Positions 27,061 to 41,121 of a DNA stretch of 64,000 bases are shown here, in pieces. The notes beneath the pieces were generated by a model. That model was not told the origin of the DNA, ran no database searches, and was given only the letters and a program-made list of their open reading frames with translations. Location of the stretch: the NCBI RefSeq assembly GCF_964355755.1, contig NC_092670.1, positions 41,032,388 to 41,096,387 on the forward strand, read 5' to 3'. The position numbers were made by a program, and so were the translations under genes. Position 1 is the first letter of the stretch. Each line of letters opens with the position of its first letter. The stretch is from Antedon mediterranea (taxonomy: Eukaryota; Animalia; Echinodermata).

Positions 27061-30000
27061 GGTTGGATATATAGGTTTCATATTTCTATGATTCCTAGTA
27101 AAACATACTGTATGACTAAAGACAAAAAAAAATACAGTACTGGCCGATATGGGGCTCGAACCCATGACATTCGCGTTATTGGCACGACGCTCTGCCGACT
27201 GAAATAACCGGCCGGTTGGATACTAGATGTCAGATTTCTATGATTTCTGGTTAAACATACTGTATGACTAAAAAGACGACAAAAATACAGTACTGGCCGA
27301 TATGGGGCTCGAACCCATGACATTCGCGTTATTAGCACGACGCTCTGCCGACTGAGCTAACCGGCCGGTTGGATACATAGATGTCACATTTCTATGATTC
27401 CTGGTTAAACATACTGTATGACTAAAAAATACAGTATAGGCCATAATGGGGCTCGAACCCATGACATTCGCGTTATTAGCACGACGCTCTGTCGACTGAG
27501 CTAACCGGCCGGCTGGATACATAGATGTCACATTTCTATGATTCATGGTTAAACATACTGTATGACTAAAAAGACGAAAAAAAATACAGCACTGGCCGAT
27601 ATGGGGGCTCGAACCCATGACATTCGCTTTATTAGCACAACGCTCTGCCGACTGAGCTAACCGGACGGTTGGATACATAGATGTCACATTTCTATGATTC
27701 CTAGTTAAACATACTGTATGACTAAAAAGACGAAAAAAAATACAGCACTGGCCGATATGGGGCTCGAACCCATGACATTCGCGTTATTAGCACGACGCTC
27801 TGCCGACTGAGCTAACCGGCCGGTTGGATACATACATGTCACATTTCTATGATTCCTAGTTAAACATACTGTATGACTAAAAAGACGAAAAAAGTATAGT
27901 ACTGGCCGATATGGGGCTCGAACCCATGACATTCGCGTTATTAGCACGACGCTCTGCCGACTGAGCTAACCGGCCGGTTGGATACATAGATGTCACATTT
28001 CTATGATTCATGATTAAAAATACTGTATGACTAAAAAGACGACAAAAATACAGTACTGGCCGATATGGGGCTCGAACCCATGACATTCGCGTTATTAGCA
28101 CGACGCTCTGCCGACTGAGCTAACCGGCCGGTTGGATACATAGATGTCACATTTCTATGATTCCTGGTTAAACATACTGTATGACTAAAAAGACGACAAA
28201 AATACAGTACTGGCCGATATGGGGCTCGAACCCATGACATTCGCGTTATTAGCACGACGCTCTGCCGACTGAGCTAACCGGCCGATTGGATACATAGATG
28301 TCACATTTCTATTATTCCTGGTTAAACATACTGTATGACTAAAAAGACGACAGAAATACATTACTGGCCGATATGGGGCTCGAACCCATGACATTCGCGT
28401 TATTAGCACGACCCTCTGCCGACTGAGCTGACCGGCCGGTTGGATACTAAAGGTCACATGTCTATGATTTCTGGTTAAACGTACTATGACTAAAAATACA
28501 GTACTGGCCGCTGTGGGGCTCGAACCCATGACATTCGCGTTATTAGCACGACGCTCTGCCGACTGAGCTAACCGGCCGGTTGGTTACATAGATGTCACAT
28601 TTCTATGATTCCTGGTTAAACATACTGTATGACTAAAAAGACGACAAAAATACAGTACTTGCCATTATGGGGCTCGAACCCATGACATTCGCGTTATTAG
28701 CACGACGCTCTGCCGACTGAGCTAACCGGCCGGTTGGATACATAGATGTCACATTTCTATTATTCCTGGTTAAACATACTGTATGACTAAAAAGACGACA
28801 GAAATACATTACTGGCCGATATGGGGCTCGAACCCATGACATTCGCGTTATTAGCACGACGCTCTGCCGACTGAGCTGACCGGCCGGTTGGATACTAAAG
28901 GTCACATGTCTATGATTTCTGGTTAAACGTACTATGACTAAAAATACAGTACTGGCCGCTGTGGGGCTCGAACCCATGACATTCGCGTTATTAGCACGAC
29001 GCTCTGCCGACTGAGCTAACCGGCCGGTTGGTTACATAGATGTCACATTTCTATGATTCCTGGTTAAACATATACTGTATGACTAAAAAGACGACAAAAA
29101 TACAGTACTGGCCGATATGGGGCTCGAACCCATGACATTCGCGTTATTAGCACGACGCTCTGCCGACTGAGCTAACCGGCCGGTTGGATACATAGATGTC
29201 ACATTTCTATGATTCCTGGTTAAACATACTGTATGACTAAAAAGACGAAAAAAAATACAGTACTGGCCGATATGGGGCTCGAACCCATGACATTCGCGTT
29301 ATTAGCACGACGCTCTGCCGACTGAAATAACCTGCCGGTTGGATACATAGATGTCACATTTCTATGATTCCTGGTTAAACATACTGTATGACTAAAAAGA
29401 CGACAAATGTATAGTACTGGCCGATATGGGACTCGAACCCATGACATTCGCGTTATTAGCACGACGCTCTGCCGACTGAGCTAACCGGCCGGTTGGATAC
29501 ATAGATTTCACATTTCTATTATTCCTGGTTATACATACTGTATGACTAAAAAGACGAAAAAAAATACAGTACTGGCCGATATGGGGCTCGAACCGATGAC
29601 ATTCGCGTTATTAGCACGACGCTCTGCCGACTGAAACAACCGGCCGGTTGGATACTAGATGTCACATTTCTATGATTTCTGGTTAAACGTAGGCCTACTG
29701 TATGACTAAAAAGACGAAAAAAAGTACAGTTCAGGCCGATATGGGGCTCGAACCCATGACATTCGCGTTATTAGCACGACGCTCTCCGGTTGGATATATA
29801 GGTTTCACATTTCTATGATTCCTAGTAAAACATACTGTATGACTAAAGACGAAAAAAAATACAGTACTGGCCGATATGGGGCTCGAACCCATGACATTCG
29901 CGTTATTAGCACGACGCTCTGCCGACTGAGCTAACCGGCCGGTTGGATACATAGATGTCACATTTCTATGATTCCTGGTTAAACATACTGTATGAATAAA

Positions 30001-33000
30001 AAGACGACAGAAATACAGCACTGGCCGATATGGGGCTCGAACCCATGACATTCGCGTTATTAGCACGACGCTCTGCCGACTGAGCTAACCGGCCGATTGG
30101 ATACATAGATGTCACGTTTCTATGATTCCTGGTTAAACATACTGTATGACTAAAAAGACGACAAAAGTACAGTACTAGCCGATATGGGGGCTCGAACCCA
30201 TGACTTCGCGTTATTAGCACGACGCTCTGCCGACTGAGCTAACCGGCCGGTTGGATACATAGATGTCACATTTCTATGATTCCTGGTTAAACATACTGTA
30301 TGACTAAAAAGACGACAAAAATACATTACTGGCCGATATGGGGCTCGAACCCATGACATTCGCGTTATTAGCACGACGATCTGCCGACTGAGCTAACCGG
30401 TCGGTTGGATACATATGTCACATTTCTGATTACTGGTTAAAAATACTGTATGACTAAAAAGACGACAAAAATACAGTACTGGCCGATATGGGGCTCGAAC
30501 CCATGACATTCGCGTTATTAGCACGACGCTCTGCCGACTGAAATAACCTGCCGGTTGGATACTAGAAGTCACATTTCTATGATTTCTGGTTAAAGGTACT
30601 GTATGACTAAAAAGACGACAAAAATACAGTATTGGCCGATATGGGGCTCGAACCCATGACATTCGCGTTATTAGCACGACGCTCTGCCGACTGAGCTAAC
30701 CGGCCGGTTGGATACATAGATGTCACATTTCTATGATTCCTGGTTAAACATACTGTATGAATAAAAAGACGAAAAAAAATACAGTACTGGCCGATATGGG
30801 GCTCGAACCCATGACATTCGCGTTATTAGCACGACGCTCTGCCGACTGAGCTAACCGGCCGGTTGGATACTAGATGTCACATTTCTATGATTCCTGGTTA
30901 AACATACTGTATGACTAAAAAGACGACAAAAATACAGTACTGGCCGATATGGGGCTCGAACCCATGACATTCGCGTTATTAGCACGACGCTCTGCCGACT
31001 GAGCTAACCGGCCGGTTGGATACATAGATGTCACATTTCTATTATTCCTGGTTAAACATACTGTATGACTAAAAAGACGACAAAAATACATTACTGGCCG
31101 ATATGGGGCTCGAACCCATGACATTCGCGTTATTAGCACGACGCTCTGCCGACTGAGCTGACCGGCCTGACCGGCCGGTGGATACTAGAGGTCACATGTC
31201 TATGATTTCTGGTTAAACGTACTATGACTAAAAAGACAGTACTGGCCGATATGGGCCTCGAACCCATGACATTCGCGTTATTAGCACGACGATCTGCCGA
31301 CTGAGCTAACCGGTCGGTTGGATACATATGTCACATTTCTATGATTACTGGTTAAAAATACTGTATGACTAAAAAGACGACAAAAATACAGTACTGGCCG
31401 ATATGGGGCTCGAACCCATGACATTCGCGTTATTAGCACGACGCTCTGCCGACTGAGCTAACCGGCCGGTTGGATACAGATATGTCACATTTCTATGATT
31501 CCTGGTTAAACATACTGTATGACTAAAAAGACGACAAAAATACAGTACTGGCCGATATGGGGCTCGAACCCATAACATTCGCGTTATTAGCACGACGCTC
31601 TGCCGACTGAGCTAACCGGCCGGTTGGATACATAGATGTCACATTTCTATGATTCCTGGTTAAACATACTGTATGACTAAAAAGACGAAAAAAATACAGT
31701 ACTGGCCGATATGGCGCTCGAACCCATGACATTCGCGTTATTAGCACGACGCTCTGGCGACTGAAATAACCTGCCGGTTGGATACATAGATGTCACATTT
31801 CTATGATTCCTGGTTAAACATACTGTATGACTAAAAAGACGACAAAAGTACAGTACTGGCCGATATGGGGCTCGAACCCATGACATTCGCGTTATTAGCA
31901 CGACGCTCTGCCGACTGAGCTAACCGGCCGGATAGATGTCACATTTCTATTATTCCTGGTTAAACATACTGTATGACTAAAAAGACGACAAAAATACAGT
32001 ACTGGCCGATATGGGGCTCGAACCCATGACATTCGCGTTATTAGCACGACGCTCTGCCGACTGAGCTAACAGGCCGGTTGGATACATAGATTTCACATTT
32101 CTATTATTCTTGGTTAAACATACTGTATGACTAAAAAGACGAAAAAAAATAAAGTACTGGCCGATATGGGGCTCGAACCCATGACATTCGCGTTATTAGC
32201 ACGACGCTCTGCCGACTGAAATAACCGGCCGGTTGGATACTAGATGTCACATTTCTATGATTTCTGGTTAAACATACTGTATGACCAAAAAGACGAAAAA
32301 AAGTACAGTTCTGGCCGATATGGGGCTCGAACCCATGACATTCGCGTTATTAGCACGACGCTCTCCGGTTGGATATATAGGTTTCATATTTCTATGATTC
32401 CTAGTAAAACATACTGTATGACTAAAGACAAAAAAAAATACAGTACTGGCCGATATGGGGCTCGAACCCATGACATTCGCGTTATTGGCACGACGCTCTG
32501 CCGACTGAAATAACCGGCCGGTTGGATACTAGATGTCAGATTTCTATGATTTCTGGTTAAACATACTGTATGACTAAAAAGACGACAAAAATACAGTACT
32601 GGCCGATATGGGGCTCGAACCCATGACATTCGCGTTATTAGCACGACGCTCTGCCGACTGAGCTAACCGGCCGGTTGGATACATAGATGTCACATTTCTA
32701 TGATTCCTGGTTAAACATACTGTATGACTAAAAAATACAGTATAGGCCATAATGGGGCTCGAACCCATGACATTCGCGTTATTAGCACGACGCTCTGTCG
32801 ACTGAGCTAACCGGCCGGCTGGATACATAGATGTCACATTTCTATGATTCATGGTTAAACATACTGTATGACTAAAAAGACGAAAAAAAATACAGCACTG
32901 GCCGATATGGGGGCTCGAACCCATGACATTCGCTTTATTAGCACAACGCTCTGCCGACTGAGCTAACCGGACGGTTGGATACATAGATGTCACATTTCTA

Positions 33001-36000
33001 TGATTCCTAGTTAAACATACTGTATGACTAAAAAGACGAAAAAAAATACAGCACTGGCCGATATGGGGCTCGAACCCATGACATTCGCGTTATTAGCACG
33101 ACGCTCTGCCGACTGAGCTAACCGGCCGGTTGGATACATACATGTCACATTTCTATGATTCCTAGTTAAACATACTGTATGACTAAAAAGACGAAAAAAG
33201 TATAGTACTGGCCGATATGGGGCTCGAACCCATGACATTCGCGTTATTAGCACGACGCTCTGCCGACTGAGCTAACCGGCCGGTTGGATACATAGATGTC
33301 ACATTTCTATGATTCATGATTAAAAATACTGTATGACTAAAAAGACGACAAAAATACAGTACTGGCCGATATGGGGCTCGAACCCATGACATTCGCGTTA
33401 TTAGCACGACGCTCTGCCGACTGAGCTAACCGGCCGGTTGGATACATAGATGTCACATTTCTATGATTCCTGGTTAAACATACTGTATGACTAAAAAGAC
33501 GACAAAAATACAGTACTGGCCGATATGGGGCTCGAACCCATGACATTCGCGTTATTAGCACGACGCTCTGCCGACTGAGCTAACCGGCCGATTGGATACA
33601 TAGATGTCACATTTCTATTATTCCTGGTTAAACATACTGTATGACTAAAAAGACGACAGAAATACATTACTGGCCGATATGGGGCTCGAACCCATGACAT
33701 TCGCGTTATTAGCACGACCCTCTGCCGACTGAGCTGACCGGCCGGTTGGATACTAAAGGTCACATGTCTATGATTTCTGGTTAAACGTACTATGACTAAA
33801 AATACAGTACTGGCCGCTGTGGGGCTCGAACCCATGACATTCGCGTTATTAGCACGACGCTCTGCCGACTGAGCTAACCGGCCGGTTGGTTACATAGATG
33901 TCACATTTCTATGATTCCTGGTTAAACATACTGTATGACTAAAAAGACGACAAAAATACAGTACTTGCCATTATGGGGCTCGAACCCATGACATTCGCGT
34001 TATTAGCACGACGCTCTGCCGACTGAGCTAACCGGCCGGTTGGATACATAGATGTCACATTTCTATTATTCCTGGTTAAACATACTGTATGACTAAAAAG
34101 ACGACAGAAATACATTACTGGCCGATATGGGGCTCGAACCCATGACATTCGCGTTATTAGCACGACGCTCTGCCGACTGAGCTGACCGGCCGGTTGGATA
34201 CTAAAGGTCACATGTCTATGATTTCTGGTTAAACGTACTATGACTAAAAATACAGTACTGGCCGCTGTGGGGCTCGAACCCATGACATTCGCGTTATTAG
34301 CACGACGCTCTGCCGACTGAGCTAACCGGCCGGTTGGTTACATAGATGTCACATTTCTATGATTCCTGGTTAAACATATACTGTATGACTAAAAAGACGA
34401 CAAAAATACAGTACTGGCCGATATGGGGCTCGAACCCATGACATTCGCGTTATTAGCACGACGCTCTGCCGACTGAGCTAACCGGCCGGTTGGATACATA
34501 GATGTCACATTTCTATGATTCCTGGTTAAACATACTGTATGACTAAAAAGACGAAAAAAAATACAGTACTGGCCGATATGGGGCTCGAACCCATGACATT
34601 CGCGTTATTAGCACGACGCTCTGCCGACTGAAATAACCTGCCGGTTGGATACATAGATGTCACATTTCTATGATTCCTGGTTAAACATACTGTATGACTA
34701 AAAAGACGACAAATGTATAGTACTGGCCGATATGGGACTCGAACCCATGACATTCGCGTTATTAGCACGACGCTCTGCCGACTGAGCTAACCGGCCGGTT
34801 GGATACATAGATTTCACATTTCTATTATTCCTGGTTATACATACTGTATGACTAAAAAGACGAAAAAAAATACAGTACTGGCCGATATGGGGCTCGAACC
34901 GATGACATTCGCGTTATTAGCACGACGCTCTGCCGACTGAGCTGACCGGCCGGTTGGATACTAAAGGTCACATGTCTATGATTTCTGGTTAAACGTACTA
35001 TGACTAAAAATACAGTACTGGCCGCTGTGGGGCTCGAACCCATGACATTCGCGTTATTAGCACGACGCTCTGCCGACTGAGCTAACCGGCCGGTTGGTTA
35101 CATAGATGTCACATTTCTATGATTCCTGGTTAAACATATACTGTATGACTAAAAAGACGACAAAAATACAGTACTGGCCGATATGGGGCTCGAACCCATG
35201 ACATTCGCGTTATTAGCACGACGCTCTGCCGACTGAGCTAACCGGCCGGTTGGATACATAGATGTCACATTTCTATGATTCCTGGTTAAACATACTGTAT
35301 GACTAAAAAGACGAAAAAAAATACAGTACTGGCCGATATGGGGCTCGAACCCATGACATTCGCGTTATTAGCACGACGCTCTGCCGACTGAAATAACCTG
35401 CCGGTTGGATACATAGATGTCACATTTCTATGATTCCTGGTTAAACATACTGTATGACTAAAAAGACGACAAATGTATAGTACTGGCCGATATGGGACTC
35501 GAACCCATGACATTCGCGTTATTAGCACGACGCTCTGCCGACTGAGCTAACTGGCCGGATAGATGTCACATTTCTATTATTCCTGCTTAAACATACTGTA
35601 TGACTAAAAAGACGACAAAAATACAGTACCGGCCGATATGGGGCTCGAACCCATGACATTCGCGTTATTAGCACGACGCTCTGCCGACTGAGCTAACCGG
35701 CCGGTTGGATACATAGATTTCACATTTCTATTATTCCTGGTTATACATACTGTATGACTAAAAAGACGAAAAAAAATACAGTACTGGCCGATATGGGGCT
35801 CGAACCGATGACATTCGCGTTATTCGCACGACGCTCTGCCGACTGAAACAACCGGCCGGTTGGATACTAGATGTCACATTTCTATGATTTCTGGTTAAAC
35901 GTAGGCCTACTGTATGACTAAAAAGACGAAAAAAAGTACAGTTCTGGCCGATATGGGGCTCGAACCCATGACATTCGCGTTATTAGCACGACGCTCTCCG

Positions 36001-39000
36001 GTTGGATATATAGGTTTCACATTTCTATGATTCCTAGTAAAACATACTGTATGACTAAAGACGAAAAAAAATACAGTACTGGCCGATATGGGGCTCGAAC
36101 CCATGACATTCGCGTTATTAGCACGACGCTCTGCCGACTGAAATAACCGGCCGGTTGGATACTAGATGTCACATTTCTATGATTTCTGGTTAAACATACT
36201 GTATGACTAAAAAGACGACAAAAATACAGTACTGGCCGATATGGGGCTCGAACCCATGACATTCGCGTTATTAGCACGACGCTCTGCCGACTGAGCTAAC
36301 CGGCCGGTTGGATACATAGATGTCACATTTCTATGATTCCTGGTTAAACATACTGTATGACTAAAAAATACAGTATTGGCCGATATGGGGCTCGAACCCA
36401 TGACATTCGCGTTATTAGCACGACGCTCTGCCGACTGAGCTAACCGGCCGGTTGGTTACATAGATGTCACATTTCTATGATTCCTGGTTAAACATACTGT
36501 ATGACTAAAAAGACGACAAAAATACAGCACTGGCCAATATGGGGCTCGAACCCATGACATTCGTGTTATTAGCACGACGCTCTGCCGACTGAGCTAACCG
36601 GCCGGTTGGATACATAGATGTCACATTTCTATGATTCCTGGTTAAACATACTGTATGACTAAAAAGACGAAAAAAAAATACAGTACTGGCCGATATGGGG
36701 CTCGAACCCATGACATTCGCGTTATTAGCACGACGCTCTGCCGACTGAAATAACCTGCTGGTTGGATACATAGATGTCACATTTCTATGATTCCTGGTTA
36801 AACATACTGTATGACTAAAAAAACGACAAAAATACAGTACTGGCCGATATGGGGCTCGAACCCATGACATTCGCGTTATTAGCACGACGCTCTGCCGACT
36901 GAGCTAACCGGCCGGTTGGATACATAGATGTCACATTTCTATGATTCCTGGTTAAACATACTGTATGACTAAAAAGACGAAAAAAATACAGTACTGGCCA
37001 ATATGGGGTTCGAACCCATGACATTCGCGTTATTAACACGACGTTTTGCCGACTGAGCTAACCGGTCGGTTGGATACATAGATGTCACATTTCTATGATT
37101 CCTGGTTAAACATACTGTATGACTAAAAAGACGACAAAGGTACAGTACTGGCCGATATGGGGCTCGAACCCATGACATTCGCGTTATTAGCACGACGCTC
37201 TGCCGACTGAGCTAACCGGCCGGTTGGATACATAGATGTCACATTTCTATGATTCCTGGTAAACATACTGTATGACTAAAAAGACGACAAATGTACAGTA
37301 CTGGCCGATATGGGGCTCAAACCCATGACATTCGCGTTATTAGCACGACGCTCTGCCGACTGAGCTAACCGGCCGGATAGATGTCACATTTCTATTATTC
37401 CTTGTTAAACATACTGTATGACTAAAAAGACGACAAAAATACAGTACCGGCCGATATGGGGCTCGAACCCATGACATTCGCGTTATTAGCACGACGCTCT
37501 GCCGACTGAGCTAACCGGCCGGTTGGATACATAGATTTCACATTTCTATTATTCCTGGTTATACATACTGTATGACTAAAAAGACGAAAAAAAATACAGT
37601 ACTGGCCGATATGGGGCTCGAACCGATGACATTCGCGTTATTAGCACGACGCTCTGCCGACTTAAACAACCGGCCGGTTGGATACTAGATTTCACATTTC
37701 TATGATTTCTGGTTAAACGTAGGCCTACTGTATGACTAAAAAGACGAAAAAAAGTACAGTTCTGGCCGATATGGGGCTCGAACCCATGACATTCGCGTTA
37801 TTAGCACGACGCTCTCCGGTTGGATATATAGGTTTCACATTTCTATGATTCCTAGTAAAACATACTGTATGACTAAAGACGAAAAAAAATACAGTACTGG
37901 CCGATATGGGGCTCGAACCCATGACATTCGCGTTATTAGCACGACGCTCTGCCGACTGAAATAACCGGCCGGTTGGATACTAGATGTCACATTTCTATGA
38001 TTTCTGGTTAAACATACTGTATGACTAAAAAGACGACAAAAATACAGTACTGGCCGATATGGGGCTCGAACCCATGACATTCGCGTTATTAGCACGACGC
38101 TCTGCCGACTGAGCTAACCGGCCGGTTGGATACATAGATGTCACATTTCTATGATTCCTGGTTAAACATACTGTATGACTAAAAAATACAGTATTGGCCG
38201 ATATGGGGCTCGAACCCATGACATTCTCGTTATTAGCACGACGCTCTGCCGACTGAGCTAACCTGCCGGTTGGATACATAGATGTCACATTTCTATTATT
38301 CCAGGTTAAACATACTGTATGACTAAAAAGACGACAAAAATACAGTATTGGCCGATATGGGGCTCGAACCCATGACATTCGCGTTATTAGCACGACGCTC
38401 TGCCGACTGAGCTAACCGGTCGGTTGGATACATAGATGTCACATTTCTATGATTCCTGGTTAAAAATACTGTATGACTAAAAAGACGACAAAAATACAGT
38501 ATTGGCCGATATGGGGCTCGAACCCATGACATTCGCGTTATTAGCACGACGCTCTGGCGACTGAAATAACCGGTCGGTTGGATACATAGATGTCACGTTT
38601 CTATGATTCCTGGTTAAACATACTGTATGACTAAAAAGACGACAAAAGTACAGTACTGGCCGATATGGGGCTCGAACCCATGACATTCGCGTTATTAGCA
38701 CGACGCTCTGCCGACTGAGCTAACCGGCCGGTTGGATACATAGATGTCACGTTTCTATGATTCCTGGTTAAACATACTGTATGACTAAAAAAGACGACAA
38801 AAGTATAGTACTGGCCGATATGGGGCTCGAACCCATGACATTCGCGTTATTAGCACGACGCTCTGCCGACTGATCTAACCGGCCGGTTGGATACTAGATG
38901 TCACATTTCTATGATTCCTAGTTAAACATACTGTATGACTAAAAAAACGAAAAAAAAATACAGTATTGGCCGATATGGGGCTCGAACCCATGACATTCGC

Positions 39001-39274
39001 GTTATTAGCACGACGCTCTGCCGACTGAGCTAACCGGCCGGTTGGATACATAGATGTCACATTTCTATGATTTCTGGTTAAACGTACTGTATGACTAAAA
39101 AGACGACAAAAGTACAGTACTGGCCGATATGGGGCTCGAACCCATGACATTCGCGTTATTAGCACGACGCTCTGCCGACTGAGCTAACCGGCCGGTTGGA
39201 TACATAGATGTCACATTTCTATGATTACTGGTTAAACATACTGTATGACTAAAAAGACGACAAAAATACAGTAT

Positions 39275-39347
39275 TGGCCGATATGGGGCTCGAACCCATG
39301 ACATTCGCGTTATTAGCACGACGCTCTGCCGACTGAGCTAACCGGCC
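39275..39347 (-). tRNA. tRNA-Ile(AAT), most upstream intact copy of the array
   Basis: Consensus 73-nt sequence; a degenerate 3' fragment follows at ~39429-39447. Confidence 0.93.
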
Positions 39348-40338
39348 GGTTGGATACGTTGATGTCACGTTTCTATGATTCCTGGTTAAACATACTGAAT
39401 GACTAAAAAGACGACAAAAACACATTTCTGGTCGATATGTGGCGAACTTCTATCAGTAAATCTATTTCACAACCATGTAATATAAAGATAGTAATAATAT
39501 ATTTGTAGCGTGACTAACAGACAGATAGATAGACAGCCAACAGTATAATTGTTTTCTTTTATTATGGGTCACTTTTGCAAACATTAAGAAATATCAAGTA
39601 ACCAATCAAACAAGTAGAAAAAAGAATGTAAATTTGAGCGAACTGGCTTTTTATATTATTTATCCAAATGGATAAATTGAAAAACATGATTGAAACATTT
39701 CATAAAATATAAAATATAGAAAACTAAATCTATACAAAGTTTGGAAATCAGCAGAAAAAAGATAAGATAAGATTACTACTATTAAAAGCCAAGAAACACT
39801 GGTCCCACATTGAATGCGTTGCAATGCGGGGATTATTTGTGGCAATTTGCGGAAAGCTGCAGAGTAGGTAACAATGTTAGTCGTGTGTTCACATAAAATG
39901 TAAACAGTTAGTTACATGTATGCGTGGTGATCATACCAATGTAACACATAGCAAGTGGAGCAATGAGGAAGAAAATAAATGTGGTAACAATATGAATTTG
40001 GTTATTTCTGAATAAAATTCTGATGGTACAAGTTACCATGACAGTTTTTTTATACAGCTTTTTGAAAAGAATGACAAGCTAAAATTAAACAAACTGACCT
40101 CTAGAGGGCCAAATACATGGTCAAGAGTCCGGTTTGAGAATAGTTACATGTAATGATAAATTTCTACAGTTATTTTCAGATGCTTCTTATAATTTCAGAT
40201 TATTGTTTCCATGACAACATTAATATGTTTTATAAACACTCTAATCATAGCTTAATCTATGGTGGTTGTCGTGGTATCTATTCCAGAGGGTTGCTTAATA
40301 TTTCAATCGTTGGTTTAAATAATTCAGCACCATTTGAT

Positions 40339-40548
40339 TTAAATATACTTAAAACACTTTTGTTTATCGTGAGGTATTCTTGTTTTAAAAAGCACGGAGT
40401 CAACACGAAATTGCGTGTTTAGCAGAGGCGTGTATCCAAACACTTTTGTAAAAAACTTGATGCATGTGTGTCTCTCATTAAAATGAGACTCGTCCAATGA
40501 GAGGGCATCTGGACATCCTGGACAACGGAACGTCCACCTTGAAGTGAC
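40339..40548 (-). CDS. EXTL3: Exostosin-like 3, last coding exon
   Basis: cacag|GTC ACT TCA AGG TGG... reads [69 protein letters not shown], the diagnostic EXTL3/botv C-terminus; 210 nt. Confidence 0.95.
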   Translation of the reverse strand, partial: VTSRWTFRCPGCPDALSLDESHFNERHTCIKFFTKVFGYTPLLNTQFRVDSVLFKTRIPHDKQKCFKYI

Positions 40549-40735
40549 CTGTGAAAAACAAATGGAAACAAATATTATGATAAAAACGTTTTACTTATAG
40601 CAACTCAGTTGCAAGCTCTTCTCAGTGATAAAAAATTGCAAAAGATGAACTTGGTTAATGAAAAAAAGATGGATGATAATTACGGAAATACTTGACAAAG
40701 ATCATAACGCTGTGCATGGAAAATTCTATACACCA

Positions 40736-40985
40736 TCATCAGCGCAATATAATTCATTCTAATACAACACTTGCCAATTATACATAAATTTCAGTTTTGC
40801 TTGATAAATTCTATAAACCTTTGATCAGCGCAATATAATTCATCCTAACATAAAACTTGTCATTTACATATCAAATTAAAGTCTTGCTTGATAAATTCTA
40901 TAAACCTTTGATCAGCGCAATATAATTCATCCTAACATAACACTTGTCATTTACATATCAAATTAAAGTCTTGCTTGATAAATTT
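40736..40985. repeat. ~87-bp tandem repeat x~3 in the EXTL3 last intron
   Basis: atcagcgcaatataattcat recurs at ~40738, 40824 and 40911. Confidence 0.8.
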
Positions 40986-41121
40986 CATGGATCTACTATA
41001 ATATTAGCTCTATGCAATAACCAGGCAATATAAATCATCCTAATTATAACATTTGTTAATTAATGTACATGAAAAAAAACACTTTCAGGAGTTTAATACA
41101 ATATGGAAACAGGAGTGGAAT

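Larger units (their letters stand above)
16059..39447 (-). tRNA. Tandem array of ~150 tRNA-Ile(AAT) genes and pseudogenes, ~154-bp unit (73-nt tRNA + ~81-nt spacer)
   Basis: Unit reverse complement GGCCGGTTAGCTCAGTCGGCAGAGCGTCGTGCTAATAACGCGAATGTCATGGGTTCGAGCCCCATATCGGCCA folds as a cloverleaf: acceptor GGCCGGT/ATCGGCC, D stem GCTC/GAGC, anticodon stem TCGTG/CGCGA with loop CT-AAT-AA, T stem ATGGG/CCCAT with TTCGAGC loop. A and B boxes present; T4-T10 runs follow ~8 nt downstream. First copy 16128-16200, last full copy 39275-39347. Copy number estimated from span/unit length. Confidence 0.96.

Noticed and set aside
16084-39319. Dozens of 60-140 aa ORFs (MLITRMSWVRAPY...)
   Set aside because: Translations of the tRNA repeat, mostly GTG/TTG starts; the 154-bp unit is not a multiple of 3 and the sequence is fully explained as tRNA genes.
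16059-39447. CRISPR-like repeat-spacer array
   Set aside because: Spacers are near-identical rather than unique, the repeat is a eukaryotic tRNA, there are no cas genes, and the context is spliceosomal genes.
16059-39447. Tandem tRNA-derived SINE rather than true tRNA genes
   Set aside because: All four stems pair, the terminator directly follows the tRNA, and there is no SINE body, tail or TSD.
40986-41014. Further CATGG...CTATG hairpin-like scar
   Set aside because: Arms pair poorly and the flanking 7-mers do not match.
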